From Leptospirales bacterium (lineage in GTDB: Bacteria > Spirochaetota > Leptospiria > Turneriellales > JAOUFE01): DNA of 64,000 nt. This document shows positions 9,244 to 21,600 of this stretch, piece after piece. Each line of letters opens with the position of its first letter. Position 1 is the first letter of the stretch. The stretch covers positions 32,001 to 96,000 of the forward strand of contig JBEQLE010000001.1 in NCBI GenBank assembly GCA_040326155.1. The letters run 5' to 3'. Under the pieces are notes generated by a model. The model had not been told where the DNA came from and did no database searches. It saw only the letters and a list, made by a program, of their open reading frames with translations. The translations under genes and the position numbers were made by a program.

Positions 9244-10506
9244 TTAATCGGCTACGGGCAAGGCCGCCTCATAACAAGCCGGGACCCGCTTTTCTATTAA
9301 ATTGACAATCAATGCATCAAGACTATTGCTTTGTGCCATCTCACGTAGTATAATCAGAATTTCACGTATGGCAAGAGCTTTTCGATAGGGACGCTCTTGT
9401 ATAAGAGCCTGAAAAACGTCTGCCGCTGCTATTATACGCGATTCAACTTCAAGGCCGCCGATATGAACCTGAAAGGGATACCCTTTACCGTCCGGTCTTT
9501 CGTGATGATACGCCGCCCATCTTGCGACATCTTCCAGCCCCGTTATTTTATTTAAAATTTCAAAAGTTTCAAAGGAGTGTTCTTCGATAACCGCTCTCTC
9601 ATTCTCGTTCAATGGTCCCTCTTTTTCAAGAATGACGTCGGGAATTTTCAGTTTCCCGAGATCATGCAATAGCCCGGCTATCTCAATTTTATCGAGAATA
9701 TTTTCACCAAGACACAACTCTTCGGCTAAAAACCTCGACATACGAGCCACCCCCGCAGAGTGCTCCATTGTAAAAGGGCTTTTGGCATCGACGATCTGGG
9801 AGAAAATTTGCGCTACATGTTTTAAGTCTGTATAAGAAACAAGGTTCGGCCGGGTTTTCTTACGAATTTCCGACATAAAGGACGTTATATGACCAGGTGT
9901 AAGCATAAGCCAGAAAGCCTGTTTATCTGCCGCTTCCCAGAAAACATCGTTAAGCTCTTTTGAAAAAAACGTACCTGCCTTCTCGGTTATCGATTTTCGA
10001 ACTTCTTCTTTTTTGACAAGGATATCTTTACCATAATAAGCGGCACTTGATATATCAACCCGATCGGCAAGATAAATTAAATTGGCAAATTGCCTGGTTT
10101 TTTCGTCAATGTCAACATCTCTCAATTTTTCCCAATGAGTATGGTGATACCGTATTGGTAAAGCCATGGGGCGCCATGGTTCGAAATTTTTTAAAAGTTC
10201 ATACCCCACTTCGCAATGGATCATTGAATTGGACCAGTCAAATTCGGATATCAAGTGCTTATGAACCCTTGTAGAAGAGACCCCGCAATCGTGAAGAAGT
10301 CCGGTCTCAAAAAGCAACTGGCTCTCTTCATCGGAAAGGCCCATCAGCTTTGCGCATTGTAAGACCATATAACCCACGCGTTTTCCATGATGGACTTCAT
10401 CTACACCAACAAAATCTAACGCATCGGAAAGAGCGTAAACGACTTGTTTCAAATCAATTTCCAGATGAGTAGATTTCTGATTTTCTTTTTCTTCCATACC
10501 TTTCAT
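9244..10506 (-). CDS. Tandem HD / HD-GYP domain phosphodiesterase
   Basis: Two HD motifs (LLHDCG, LLHDLGK); HHERPDGKGYP; AADVFQAL..RPYR. Confidence 0.93.
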   Translation of the reverse strand: MKGMEEKENQKSTHLEIDLKQVVYALSDALDFVGVDEVHHGKRVGYMVLQCAKLMGLSDEESQLLFETGLLHDCGVSSTRVHKHLISEFDWSNSMIHCEVGYELLKNFEPWRPMALPIRYHHTHWEKLRDVDIDEKTRQFANLIYLADRVDISSAAYYGKDILVKKEEVRKSITEKAGTFFSKELNDVFWEAADKQAFWLMLTPGHITSFMSEIRKKTRPNLVSYTDLKHVAQIFSQIVDAKSPFTMEHSAGVARMSRFLAEELCLGENILDKIEIAGLLHDLGKLKIPDVILEKEGPLNENERAVIEEHSFETFEILNKITGLEDVARWAAYHHERPDGKGYPFQVHIGGLEVESRIIAAADVFQALIQERPYRKALAIREILIILREMAQSNSLDALIVNLIEKRVPACYEAALPVAD

Positions 10507-10573
10507 TAGAATTCCATTGAAACCATCGTCTTTGGTAAACCTCGGAAGTCAAGAAAAAACAGAGCGCCTTCGG

Positions 10574-11254
10574 TTACAGTTTGGAAATTATCCAGCTATG
10601 CCAGCTTTCTAAAAACTCTTTTTCGTATTCAAGAAAACCATAACCATACTCTTTACGATTGCGATACTCTTCTTTTACACGCTCTTCTTCAGATTTTACT
10701 TTCAAACGTTTTAATATAGAGTGATAAATCGGTGTAAGTTTTGCAATTTTTTCCATCTTCCATTTTGAATCGTGCACCCACGGACTCTCCGGATACTCAT
10801 CAACGACTTTTTTATAATAAACATACGCCTTTTGAAAATTCGCCAAAATTTCAACGGCGGCCTGTAGTTTTATATCGACCTTAATTTTCTTACGATAGAA
10901 TTTATAAAACCCACGATGAAAAAAGGTGTGCCCCTGCTTGTAATATACATAGGCCGGATCTTTCGGTTTTCCGGGTAGCCCTGAGTTCTGTACTGGGTCT
11001 GTGTTTTGCTGTTGTTCTACATTCGGTCGGTGTACCGGACGATCCTGTTTGTCGTCATAAACTTTTAGAATTTCATTATATGCCATATTTATACGCACCA
11101 TTATCGCATGACATTTTCGTCTTTCTTCAGGGTTATCAAATCTCAAATCAGGATGATACTTTCGAACAAGCCCTCGATAAGCTTTTTTGATCTGTTCAAG
11201 CGACGCCCCATTCGATAGCCCCAAAATAGTGTACATATAGTTATTTACGTTCAT
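10574..11254 (-). CDS. J-domain (DnaJ-like) protein with TPR-like C-terminus
   Basis: YTILGL...IKKAYRGLVRKYHPD (HPD motif) ...INMAY; C-terminal YKKVVDEYPES. Confidence 0.88.
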   Translation of the reverse strand: MNVNNYMYTILGLSNGASLEQIKKAYRGLVRKYHPDLRFDNPEERRKCHAIMVRINMAYNEILKVYDDKQDRPVHRPNVEQQQNTDPVQNSGLPGKPKDPAYVYYKQGHTFFHRGFYKFYRKKIKVDIKLQAAVEILANFQKAYVYYKKVVDEYPESPWVHDSKWKMEKIAKLTPIYHSILKRLKVKSEEERVKEEYRNRKEYGYGFLEYEKEFLESWHSWIISKL

Positions 11255-11262
11255 TATTAGTG

Positions 11263-11488
11263 CACAAAAAAATCCTGCGGTTTTTTTGTGTCGCTCCGTT
11301 CGATTATTGTTTGAAGTTTTTTTCGGAAAAAAAATGTCATTTTTTTCCGACCGCTTCGTGGTATTATTCTCACAATAAAATCCTGCGCTTTTTTTGTGTC
11401 GCTCCGTTCAATTATAGTTTGAAGTTTTTTTCGAAAAAATGTCATTTTTTCCGACCGCTTCGTGGTGTTATTCTCACAATAAAATCCT
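11263..11488. repeat. Tandem repeat of about 105-108 bp, two full copies plus a partial third
   Basis: Units start at 11263, 11371 and 11475 (CACAA(A/T)AAAATCCT); they differ mostly in homopolymer lengths; degenerate copy at 35763-35823. Confidence 0.92.
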
Positions 11489-11709
11489 TCGTGCCGCTCC
11501 GTGGTGGTATTTTATTATCGTTGTTCTGAAGTTATAAATTAGTTCTTATTCTATACATCGGGTAATAAAAGAAGGTAACCGGAAAAATTAAATATGAAAT
11601 GGAAAAGATGGAATACAAATCAGTCCCTGTAAATCCTGTCTATTACTCTCCTCTTAACAATGTTGTTATATTTTACTGGTCAAATGAACGCGCACATTAA
11701 AATTGTCGT

Positions 11710-11955
11710 ATGTCAATGTGGGATTTTCTGAACGCGCTGAAAAAAGAGGATCAAAAGGAGAGTTCCCGGGGTTCGAAAATATTTATTCTGGTCATCACAG
11801 TCTTTGTATCTTTCGTTCCTTTTTTTTTCGTCATCACAAACCTGAAAAAAACGATGGGAGACAACCCCCGTGCGTTAACAGCCTCCATCTCTTTTATGGT
11901 TTTCCTGGCTCTTGGCCTTATTTTCATCATATTAAAATCAAAACCCAATAAGTAG
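11710..11955 (+). CDS. Small hypothetical membrane protein (2 TM)
   Basis: ATG start, two hydrophobic helices, basic C-terminus. Confidence 0.6.
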   Translation: MSMWDFLNALKKEDQKESSRGSKIFILVITVFVSFVPFFFVITNLKKTMGDNPRALTASISFMVFLALGLIFIILKSKPNK

Positions 11956-12000
11956 ATCTGTTTTATTCTTGACTGCCACCGCCTGCAAGCAAAACAGAGT

Positions 12001-12783
12001 GTGCGTAAATTACTGGAAAAAAAGTCATTTTGGTTTATTGCACTTTTGGTTGTAATCGCCTCGCCGACTATTGCTTACTTCACAATGGAGCTGTTGACTC
12101 CCTCGGGTGAAACCATCCGACTTCATTCAAAAGGACTATTGAGTGACACCGGGTATTTAATTAAAGCGTATCTACTTTTTGCGGGATTGTTTACTATAAA
12201 CCTGTCGTTGCTTTTTGTGTTTTCCATGTTCTCTTATTTTACCATTATAAACATGATTGGTATCGTAAAAAAAAATGTCAATATCGCTGGAATTTATGGC
12301 TCGCTAATAGCAGCTGCGTTTACCGGAGCGGTTCTTATAAAGTCAGCGGTTAACCTTCCCGATCTTATGTCACAAATACTACAGGCAGATAACCATTACC
12401 ACGCCATTCGTTTTACCCCTTCCGGGGATGTATTATTTCTTCACGATTTTAAAGGCATCCAGTTTTCCCGACCGAGCGCCTCTTTAACAACCATGCGCGG
12501 TACCTGTCAGAGACGCGATAAAATACTGGAGGAGAAAATTATATTGCGATATACATTTACTTTATCGTTTATTTTTTCAGACACATCCATTCACGGTACT
12601 TTCTCAGAATTCACCAGAGCGCAAAACTCCGAATACATTACATATATACGTTTATCTGAAATTAATAAACATATATCCAGACCACTCTCTTTGGTATTAA
12701 ACCAGTGCCCTACAATTGAAATGTACCCTCCCGGGTTTGCCTCCACCGCCGAAATAACAGGGGCCGAACCATATAAATTTTAG
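12001..12783 (+). CDS. Hypothetical membrane protein
   Basis: 260-aa ORF, 3 N-terminal TM helices plus a soluble domain; no motif recognised. Confidence 0.65.
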   Translation: MRKLLEKKSFWFIALLVVIASPTIAYFTMELLTPSGETIRLHSKGLLSDTGYLIKAYLLFAGLFTINLSLLFVFSMFSYFTIINMIGIVKKNVNIAGIYGSLIAAAFTGAVLIKSAVNLPDLMSQILQADNHYHAIRFTPSGDVLFLHDFKGIQFSRPSASLTTMRGTCQRRDKILEEKIILRYTFTLSFIFSDTSIHGTFSEFTRAQNSEYITYIRLSEINKHISRPLSLVLNQCPTIEMYPPGFASTAEITGAEPYKF

Positions 12784-12795
12784 GGTGAGTTTGCA

Positions 12796-13101
12796 CTACA
12801 TCCAGGCGCAGTCGATAAAATCGAGCCCGATGTGAATCCATAGGCCCCAGGCGAAAATTCTCGCTTTTTTCCAGACAGGAAGAAGCGCATAAAATGCCAT
12901 TGCCACCACACTGTGCAAAGGGTGAAAACCGAGGGAACACCGGTTCGGGTCAAAAACAGGATCGGCCAGCAGATGATCTATATCGATGCTCATTGCCAGA
13001 ATCATAACGAACCATACTTTATAAAACTTTTTTCCGTATAACAAAGAAACGAGTAAAGGCAACAGAAAGTGCAACATTAGATGAATTTCAGCCCTTTCCA
13101 T
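12796..13101 (-). CDS. DUF6122-like small membrane protein
   Basis: HLMLHF...IDIDHLLADPVFDPNRCSLGFHPLHS...HIGLDFIDC pattern. Confidence 0.8.
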   Translation of the reverse strand: MERAEIHLMLHFLLPLLVSLLYGKKFYKVWFVMILAMSIDIDHLLADPVFDPNRCSLGFHPLHSVVAMAFYALLPVWKKARIFAWGLWIHIGLDFIDCAWM

Positions 13102-13190
13102 GCGTATACCTTCGCCTGTAACGATTTCCGTTGTCTACTTTAAAATCATTAATTTGTTTACATAGCACGGTAGAAGCCATTTCTGGATTC

Positions 13191-13439
13191 ATGGACGCTG
13201 AACTGCTAAACCTGCTGGTCTGTCCCAAGACAAAAAGAAAATTAATTCTGGCCCCGCCCGAACTTATTGATGAACTCAATGGTCAAATATCTGATGGCAA
13301 ATGCACAAACATCGGAGGGGAAAAGATTTCCGACCCTGTAGAAGAAGCTTTGTTTGAAGCTGAAGGTAAAGTCATCTATTTAATACTTGAGAGTATTCCG
13401 GTTTTGATATACGAAAACGGTATAATTCTAACGAAATGA
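13191..13439 (+). CDS. Trm112/YcaR-like protein
   Basis: MDAELLNLLVCPKTKRKL...IYLILESIPVLI; stop overlaps the dxs start. Confidence 0.85.
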   Translation: MDAELLNLLVCPKTKRKLILAPPELIDELNGQISDGKCTNIGGEKISDPVEEALFEAEGKVIYLILESIPVLIYENGIILTK

Positions 13440-15349
13440 CTTTGCTCGATACGATTAACAGTCCAAAAGATTTAAAAAAGATACCTCTCTCGCAGCTACC
13501 GCAGGTATGTGATGAAATTAGATCATTTTTACTTCACACGTTAAGCCAGACCGGGGGCCACCTCGCCTCAAACCTGGGTACTGTCGAAATGATAGTCGCA
13601 CTTCATTATGTCTTCGACTCCCCGAAAGACCACTTTATCTGGGACGTTGGTCATCAGACTTATACGCATAAAATTCTTACTGGTCGAAAGAATAAACTAC
13701 ATACCGTTCGCCAATTCGAAGGCATGAGCGGGTTTCCAAAACGAGAAGAGTCGAAACACGATCATTACAATGCGGGTCATGCAGGAACAAGTATTTCACA
13801 AGCCATAGGCGAAGCCGTTGCTAAAAAAATCAGTGGGTTAAAAACCGGTAATATAATATCCGTTATTGGTGACGCTTCCATCGCCTCCGGAATGGCTTTT
13901 GAAGCCATTAATCATGGCGGTCACTTGAAAATTCCCTTTCTCGTCATCTTAAACGATAATGAAATGAGCATTTCAAAAAATGTGGGCTCTTTAAGTTATG
14001 TACTCACCTCCATGATCAATACCAGTTTTTATAAAAGCTGGCGCCAAAAGTGGACCAGCTGTATTCACAGGCTGCCGATTGTCGGACCTGTCTTCGAGCG
14101 AATAATGTTGCGTTTTCGAAGCAGCATGAAGTCCATTATTACCGAACACCAGTTTTTCGAAGAACTTGGTTTTCGCTACCTTGGTCCTTTAGATGGTCAC
14201 AATGTTGTGAAAATGGTCCATATGTTACACCGATTGGAAAATCTGGACCAACCTACCATTTTGCACCTTATTACAAAAAAAGGGAAAGGGTATGAACCAG
14301 CGGAGGTTGACCCCATTAAATTTCACGGTGTTTCACCTTTTGAAAAAACAACTGGGGCCACTCGACAAAACGACAATGGAAAATGGCCTCTATCCGAATT
14401 TGTAGGGCAATCGCTCAGTGCCATGGCTGGTAAAGATAAAAAGATCTGTGTAATCACGCCGGCAATGGGAGAGGGCTCTGGGCTTACCGAGTTTGAAAAA
14501 CTTTTCCCCGACCGTTTTTTCGATACCGGCATCGCCGAACAACACGCCACAACCTTTGCGGGAGCGCTAGCTAATTCCGGTCTAAAACCATTTTTATGCA
14601 TATACTCCACCTTTTTACAACGCGGCTTTGACCAGCTCATTCACGATATCGCTTTAATGAACTTACCCGTAAAACTTGTCATTGACCGAGCTGGTATTGT
14701 CGGAGGCGACGGAGAGACCCACCACGGCTTATACGATATTTCCTTTCTTTCGGGTATTCCAAATTTGACTTTATTAAGCGCATCAACAGCACAAGAGCTA
14801 ATGCAGATGCTGGAATTTATGAAAAACTTTGACTCGGGTCCCATAGCCGTAAGGTTTGCTAAAATGTCAGCCCCGAAAGAACTATTCACAGAATGGGCCA
14901 CGTCAACAAGAAAGAGCAATACGTCAAAAACAGCAACCATAAAATCAGAAATTCTTCTTACCGGTAAAGTCGCAGTTTTAATCGCCGAAGGTGTAATGGT
15001 GAAAAATGCTCTGGAAGCGGCTGAAATTCTTGCTGCAAAAAAAATATCGCTGGAAGTAGTATCGCTTCGAACCATAAAACCGCTCGATCTTAAAACACTA
15101 CGAAAATCTATAGCCAACAAGAAATTCGTTTTTACTATAGAGAACCACGTAGCTAGCGGGGGAACCGGTTTTTACATTCAAAACACTCTTTCAAAAGAAC
15201 TTACAAATAAAACCTTCACAGCTTTCTCCTACCCCGACGAGTTTATCGAACATGGGGGCATTAACGAGCTTCAACATAAATTCGGTCTCGATGCAAAAAG
15301 TATTGCCGCCTCTATTGAAAAAACGATTAAGCATAAACTTAAGAAGTGA
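13436..15349 (+). CDS. dxs: 1-deoxy-D-xylulose-5-phosphate synthase
   Basis: GGHLASNLG, WDVGHQTY.HK, GDAS...NDNEMSIS, GIAEQHA, DRAGIVGGDGETH. Confidence 0.98.
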   Translation: MTLLDTINSPKDLKKIPLSQLPQVCDEIRSFLLHTLSQTGGHLASNLGTVEMIVALHYVFDSPKDHFIWDVGHQTYTHKILTGRKNKLHTVRQFEGMSGFPKREESKHDHYNAGHAGTSISQAIGEAVAKKISGLKTGNIISVIGDASIASGMAFEAINHGGHLKIPFLVILNDNEMSISKNVGSLSYVLTSMINTSFYKSWRQKWTSCIHRLPIVGPVFERIMLRFRSSMKSIITEHQFFEELGFRYLGPLDGHNVVKMVHMLHRLENLDQPTILHLITKKGKGYEPAEVDPIKFHGVSPFEKTTGATRQNDNGKWPLSEFVGQSLSAMAGKDKKICVITPAMGEGSGLTEFEKLFPDRFFDTGIAEQHATTFAGALANSGLKPFLCIYSTFLQRGFDQLIHDIALMNLPVKLVIDRAGIVGGDGETHHGLYDISFLSGIPNLTLLSASTAQELMQMLEFMKNFDSGPIAVRFAKMSAPKELFTEWATSTRKSNTSKTATIKSEILLTGKVAVLIAEGVMVKNALEAAEILAAKKISLEVVSLRTIKPLDLKTLRKSIANKKFVFTIENHVASGGTGFYIQNTLSKELTNKTFTAFSYPDEFIEHGGINELQHKFGLDAKSIAASIEKTIKHKLKK

Positions 15350-15515
15350 GAGTATACCACGAAGCGGGCGCTCTCGTCTGCTGCGGCCAAAACCACCCTG
15401 CGACCGGTTTCAAAAACCCCATTCTGAATTTTGAAAGACTTTTGAGGCAAATTACCTTTACATTTCGAAAAAACCGAGCTTTTCGCCTGTCCAATAACAA
15501 TAATTTCATAATATT

Positions 15516-15554
15516 TTTATAAAGATTTATAAATCAATAGTCAATCTTTATAAA
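15516..15554. promoter_or_regulatory. 12-bp inverted repeat upstream of the Rhs gene (candidate operator)
   Basis: TTTATAAAGATT-N15-AATCTTTATAAA. Confidence 0.45.
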
Positions 15555-15696
15555 TATGGAAGACCAAAACATTTTTTCATGTTACGGTGCAAGCTAACAT
15601 CCCATTTGACGGCGTGGCCGATACAAATATAACCATAGAAAGATCCCCCTTAAGCTGGTCTCCTTTCAAATGGGATACTTTTTTCAGGAGAGGTCA

Positions 15697-18600
15697 ATGA
15701 ACGCAAAATATACAACTAAATTTCTTTTTCGGGTACTTACCATGGTCGCCATACTTTCTGCGACTTTCATGAGCGAATTAACAGCCGGAGTTAACCCGGA
15801 CGGTTCATTTTCACACGGAATTACAATAGAAATACCCCCTGGAACGGCAGGAATGCAACCTTCCATTTCACTGGGTTATAATAGCAACGGCGGCAACGGC
15901 CTTGTCGGTAAAGGGTGGTCCCTTTCCGGATTCGCCACAATTTCACGGGTCGATAACGGCTACGGAATTAGCGGTCAACCAACAGATCGCTATTCAGGAC
16001 CCGGTGGACTCTTAGTTGATGTCAGCAATGGAATGGGAAAAGAGTACCACACGGAACAAGAGTCCTTTCAAAAGTACGAGCCAGATTTAAACGCCGACGG
16101 GCAACCGCAGTCCTGGGTGGTTACACAACCGGATGGTACAAAGTTATTTTTCGGGTCAATCGATAATTCAAGACTCGAATATGCGCCAACGGGAGAAGCG
16201 GTTCTCGGCACCTATCGCGTATGGGCTCTTGATCAAGTGTTAGACCTGAACGGAAATTTTTATAAAATAACCTACCGAAAAATTAATGGTATTTTACTGC
16301 CTGAAAAAGTTCTATATACTCGAAACGACGTCCACAAACTGTCCCGTTTTCGCGCAGTAGTATTTGTGTACAACGATAGCTCTGTCTACAGCGACGACAA
16401 TTCAGTCGAGTCTCCGCGTAGCGACGCATATACAATGCGAGCACAGAATACTCTGACACAAATGAATTATTATCTAAAAGAGATAGAGGTACGCTACGAT
16501 GTAGAAGCAAACTGCTGGACCAATATTTTTTGCAATGACGGAAAGCTGGTTCGAAGCTATGAACTTGATTACGAAAACAGCCCCGTTACGGGCGAAAAAA
16601 GATTAAAGTCGGTAACCCAATTTGGAGCAACCGAGGCAGGCGAAAAAGGGGGTTCTTTAGAACCACAGGTGTTTACCTATGACGATCGCCACAACAAATT
16701 GAATGTTGACGCAGTTGGTGACGTAACGCTTACTCCTTTAGACGACCTCACGCAGGCTCCAAATACTAAGCAACTTAATAATGTTGCTTCTTTTAACCAA
16801 GCAGAATTAAATTCACAAAAGTATGCAGTATCCGGGAATCGCTCCATCGCCAATACAGACGGAAAAATAAATATGAAGTTTTGCGCTACTGGCGCTTGTT
16901 TTGGTAACAAAATAATAGAACATACCGAAGGAATTCGGGAGTATCAACTACAATATGCCCCGATTCGCAGTGATGGGGCTTTTACGAAAATAGATACTGC
17001 AGGAAACATCTTATATTATTACTATATCTATGTATATGATGATTTTTTTCTTGATGATAAGGGTGACCTCTACTATACTCGAGTAAATATTCGAAAGGAA
17101 TGCGATGTAGGAAAAAATAATTGTGACTATTGGGGAGAGTCAGGAAAGGCGGTTTGGAATAATATGAACAAACCAAAACTGGTGGCAAAAAACTTTAATA
17201 TTGCATCCTTTAAAACGATACACCCTGGTGTAGGTTACAGAAATAACGATTATTATAGTACGTACCGTATCGGTTTTGTCACCAAATCAGGAGATTTTTA
17301 TGTAATGCAACATTGGAATTTGGATACTGACACAAACGCAAAACACAACGAGAATGACAGAGCGCTGTTTATTGCACCGGATGTGCGTGATTTTCAATTG
17401 GCAGCAGCCGAATCAAGTGGCTGGGGACTGGCTTTAAACGATGTAAAAATTGACTTCTACTTAACCAACGCAAATAGTCTGCATCGCTTCAGTTTTCACG
17501 GAGTTCACGGAGTTCAAGGAGTTCAAGGAGCATATTTCTTTGCACCGAGAGGCTCTTACGGCAACGTGAAAAGCTTCGCATATAACGGGAGAAACGTTCT
17601 GGCTTATACCACCGGAAACAACGATCTAATTGTTACCGACAGCGAACGTCGTAAAACATTGAGTACCACGCCAGAATTACCGGATGGAACAGGACACCAA
17701 ATCTACGGTTTACATTTTCGAGACGTACAACTGGGATCCATGGCCTTTAACGGCAGAACCGTTTATGCCCGTACTGCTACAAACCAGTTGTACAAAATAA
17801 ACATGAAACCCGGTGTTACAGGAGAGGAAGTTTATGCCACGAAAATTCTTATAAAAAATGATATTACACAAAATCAATACAATGTCAGTATGGGGCGTCT
17901 AACCATGCTAGACAGAGACAATAACCTCTATGTAAAAACTGATTTGGGTAATATATTAACTGTTTCGGCTAATGTAAAAAACTTTTGGACCGGTTTTTCC
18001 AAAAATGAAAGTACCGGTATCCATGCCGATTGTTTTATTACATACGATCTTCCCGAACAGGCCCAATGCCAAAACAATTCATCCAGCGCAAATATATCCG
18101 AAGGATTTGTTCACGCAAGAACGAACCTTACAGGCTTAAAAAAGAAATTCTTATTTGCACAAAAAGCTGATCGTTCTTTATATCTGTATCTAAATAACGA
18201 TACAATTACCGTTAACGGCAGCGGTACAAAGTGGTTAAAAATCGCCGATGCTGTGGCTTCTTATACAATTACCGAAAATATTTTTGCTATTTTATTTTCA
18301 AACGGAGAGTTGTATGCTTCGGATAGGTTGTTATTTGAAGATCATATAAAAAATAGTATTGCAAACAATGGAGCACCCACAGACATTCGAAGCAGCATGA
18401 TTTTAGTAAAACAAGACGTAGCCTCTTTTAACTTTACCGGAAATAAACTTGCGACAACAACTTACGCACCCACTTGGAGTAATCTACTTAGGATTGAAAA
18501 ATTTTCTATTGAGGTTATAAACGGTACTCAAACTCGTGGCGACTCGCAAAGCCTGTTTTCTCGACCGGAGGTTCGTTCTTTTCAAATGGTCGGCCACATG

Positions 18601-21600
18601 GTTGCCGTACACAACCTGGACACTACTCTCAGCATGTACAATTTTTATTCCGGGGCGCTAATTGAAAATTTTACCCATAAAATTCGCAGTTTCTCGCTTT
18701 CATCGTCTCGTCTGGGTTTTACCACTTATCAAAATGAATTTCATTACAAAGATTTCTGGAATGCCGAATCGGTGTTAGCCAAAAGTAATATTATCAACTG
18801 TCGTTCCGGTGACATTGAAATCGATTGTGTCGATTATAATTATAACCTTTATCGCCACAGAACCGGAACAGCGCAGACAGACTTTGGGGTACACTCCGTT
18901 TTTAACGGAACCGACTGGAATTTACTGGCGAGCGATGTACGAGAATATTCAATGACGCCTACAAAATTGAATGTATTAGGCTTTGATAACACTTTACGGG
19001 AGATCAACAAAAGCGATCTATCCGTAGCCTCACAAACCAATAATATCGCGTATTACCAATATAATGAGAATTTTAAAGGATTCGCTAAAATAGCCCTGCC
19101 TTCAGGAACTATGAATTCAATTTTTAACGGAATAGGGGGTATAAAAACAATCGCTTACCACCATTCTTTTCAAGTTCCCGAAACGATCAATTTGAATGCA
19201 AGAGGTTCCACATCTTTGTTCGATCCCTCTCCGAAAGTACTGGTCAGGCTTGTAAAAGATGAAGATGGTCGTGGCGGCTTAAACATTCTCTCCTCAAGTT
19301 ATAAATTCCAAAATGCTAAAGTCTACGTTGGTTCAGAACCAGGCAAATCAAAGTCGCTCGGTTTTGAAACTATGGAGGTCACGACCCCCGACGACATAAA
19401 AACCGTTACCATATTCAACCAGAGTTATGACCTGACCCAAAAGCCACGAACTACGCTTGTTTATGCGTCTAACGGTACATTGGTAAAAGAAACGAATTAT
19501 CAATGGTTAACCAGTATGCAGCTCAGCGCATATGGCGTTAATTTATATCTGGGTTTACAACTGGTATTGCCTGAAAGCCAGGAAACGTTTAACTATTTTC
19601 TTGGCGACGGGTCTGTTTACAGTCGATCAAAAATCGAGTATCTAAATTATGACGCTTATGCAAATGTTGTGAAACAAAAGATACAAACAGGAAATGCGAC
19701 CGCCTATTCATCGAAAGAGACAAACATTATTGAATCTACTTACCAATATAATCTGGAAAAGTGGATGCTTGGCGCAGTAACATTTACTTCAATCACAGAC
19801 GAAGGCGGAACCTTACTTTCCAAAAAAAGTTATACATATGATCAAAAATATAACTTAAAGGAGTCAGGAGACTTCTTAATAGAAAAAAACAGTTATATTA
19901 GCACCGGCAATGAATACGACATCTATGGAAATGTTACAAAGTCCGGAATTGTCAATAGAAATGCGACTGTAGACCAACTTGACCGTTCCAAAATATATGA
20001 ATATGACCCTGTTTATGCGACTTACCCGATTAAGGTTTCTAACCAAATGGGTCATACCGTAGTCAGCGATGTCGATTATGCTACCGGAAAACCGACCTGT
20101 GTCAGCGACCTCTACGATAAAAATATAACAGATAACCCAAGTTGTTTAGACTTGAACCCGATCACCTACCAGTACGACCAGTTTAAACGGGAAATCCTGG
20201 TCATGGATGCATCGGTAGCACAGGATAACGTCAGTACGAATGCAACCGTACAGAGTACACCCTGGGTAAAATGGACAACTTATACTGCCAACGGTGTCGA
20301 CCCAGACAAGCAAAACATTTTTGTCAAGACCAGAGATGAATCAACAGCTAGCGGATATAAATGGGTTCGAAACTACTATGACGGCCTGGGAAGAACCTGG
20401 AAAGAGACCTCGCTCGGATTGGATGCTGGAAAAACCAGAATAAAGGTTATTGATTATGACAATAAGGGCAGAATAAAAAGAGATACTAATAGCAAAATTG
20501 TCGGAGTAACGAATCACGCCTGGACCAACTATGAATACGACGCTCTCGGCCGCGTTGTTAATACTACGCATCCGGACGGCAATATCTCGCAAGTGATCTA
20601 CAATAAAAGTTGTACCGTGGCAACCGACGCCAATAACAAAAGTACTCAAACCTGCCACGACCGTTTGGGGCGTACAACCCAATTCTGGGATATCTCTCCC
20701 GGGACATCTAAAACATACTTTGCATACGACAACATGGGGCGTCTAATCAACACAACCGACGCAGATGGCGATGTAACGAATATTCAATACGATTCACTGG
20801 GACGAAAAACCTCTCTGTCTAAAGTCGGAGAGGGAACGTGGTCCTACGCCTACTTTAGTATTGCACCCGAACTAAAGTCTACTACTGATCCGAAAGGAAA
20901 TACTATAAACTATAGGTATGACAATCTTGGTAGATTGCGCCATGTAATTGACAACACGGGAAAGAAGCGCGAACAATACTGGTATGACCAGGTTCCGGAT
21001 TCTGCGATACAAAGCAACTATCTTGGAAAGTTGACAAGAACTCTGGATGACGCAGGAAATACCTACTATTACTACAATCAGCGCAGGCAGTTGAACCTGA
21101 TGGTTAAGAATATCGATAATATCAACTACTCTTTTCATTACACTTATGATGTAGCGGGCAGAGTAGAAGAGTTGACCTACCCCGACGGCAAAATTGCCAA
21201 GAATATCTACGGAACAAGCGGAACTTTGCGTCAAGTCCGTTTATTAGAGACCCCCGGCTCTTCGGGTTCTCCCATCGTTACCTATGAAGGTCCGGTGACA
21301 ACAGGCGCAAATACTCTAACTCGCTATACCGGCAGCAGAACCCATAAAACCAGTGTCGAAACCGAGATAGCGTTTGACCCGGTGACTTTTCGCCCTACAA
21401 GCTTAAAAACAACGCTGCCCCAGGTGGTAGATAACCAGGGAGCAGTAGTGCAACCTGCTGGTGTTCAACGTAATGTGGCTTATACCTATGACGCGGTGGG
21501 TAATATAACGCAAATAAATGACCTGGTAAATAGCACCAGATCGCAGACCTTTACTTATGGCAGGGCTTATCGACTGACTCATGCTTCGGGAAGTTACGGA

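Noticed and set aside
11263..11488. CRISPR array
   Set aside because: Units are ~108 bp and contiguous with no unique spacers; no cas genes nearby.
11257..11529. ORFs 11257-11445 (-) and 11260-11529 (+)
   Set aside because: Translations of the tandem repeat; homopolymer indels between units indicate non-coding sequence.
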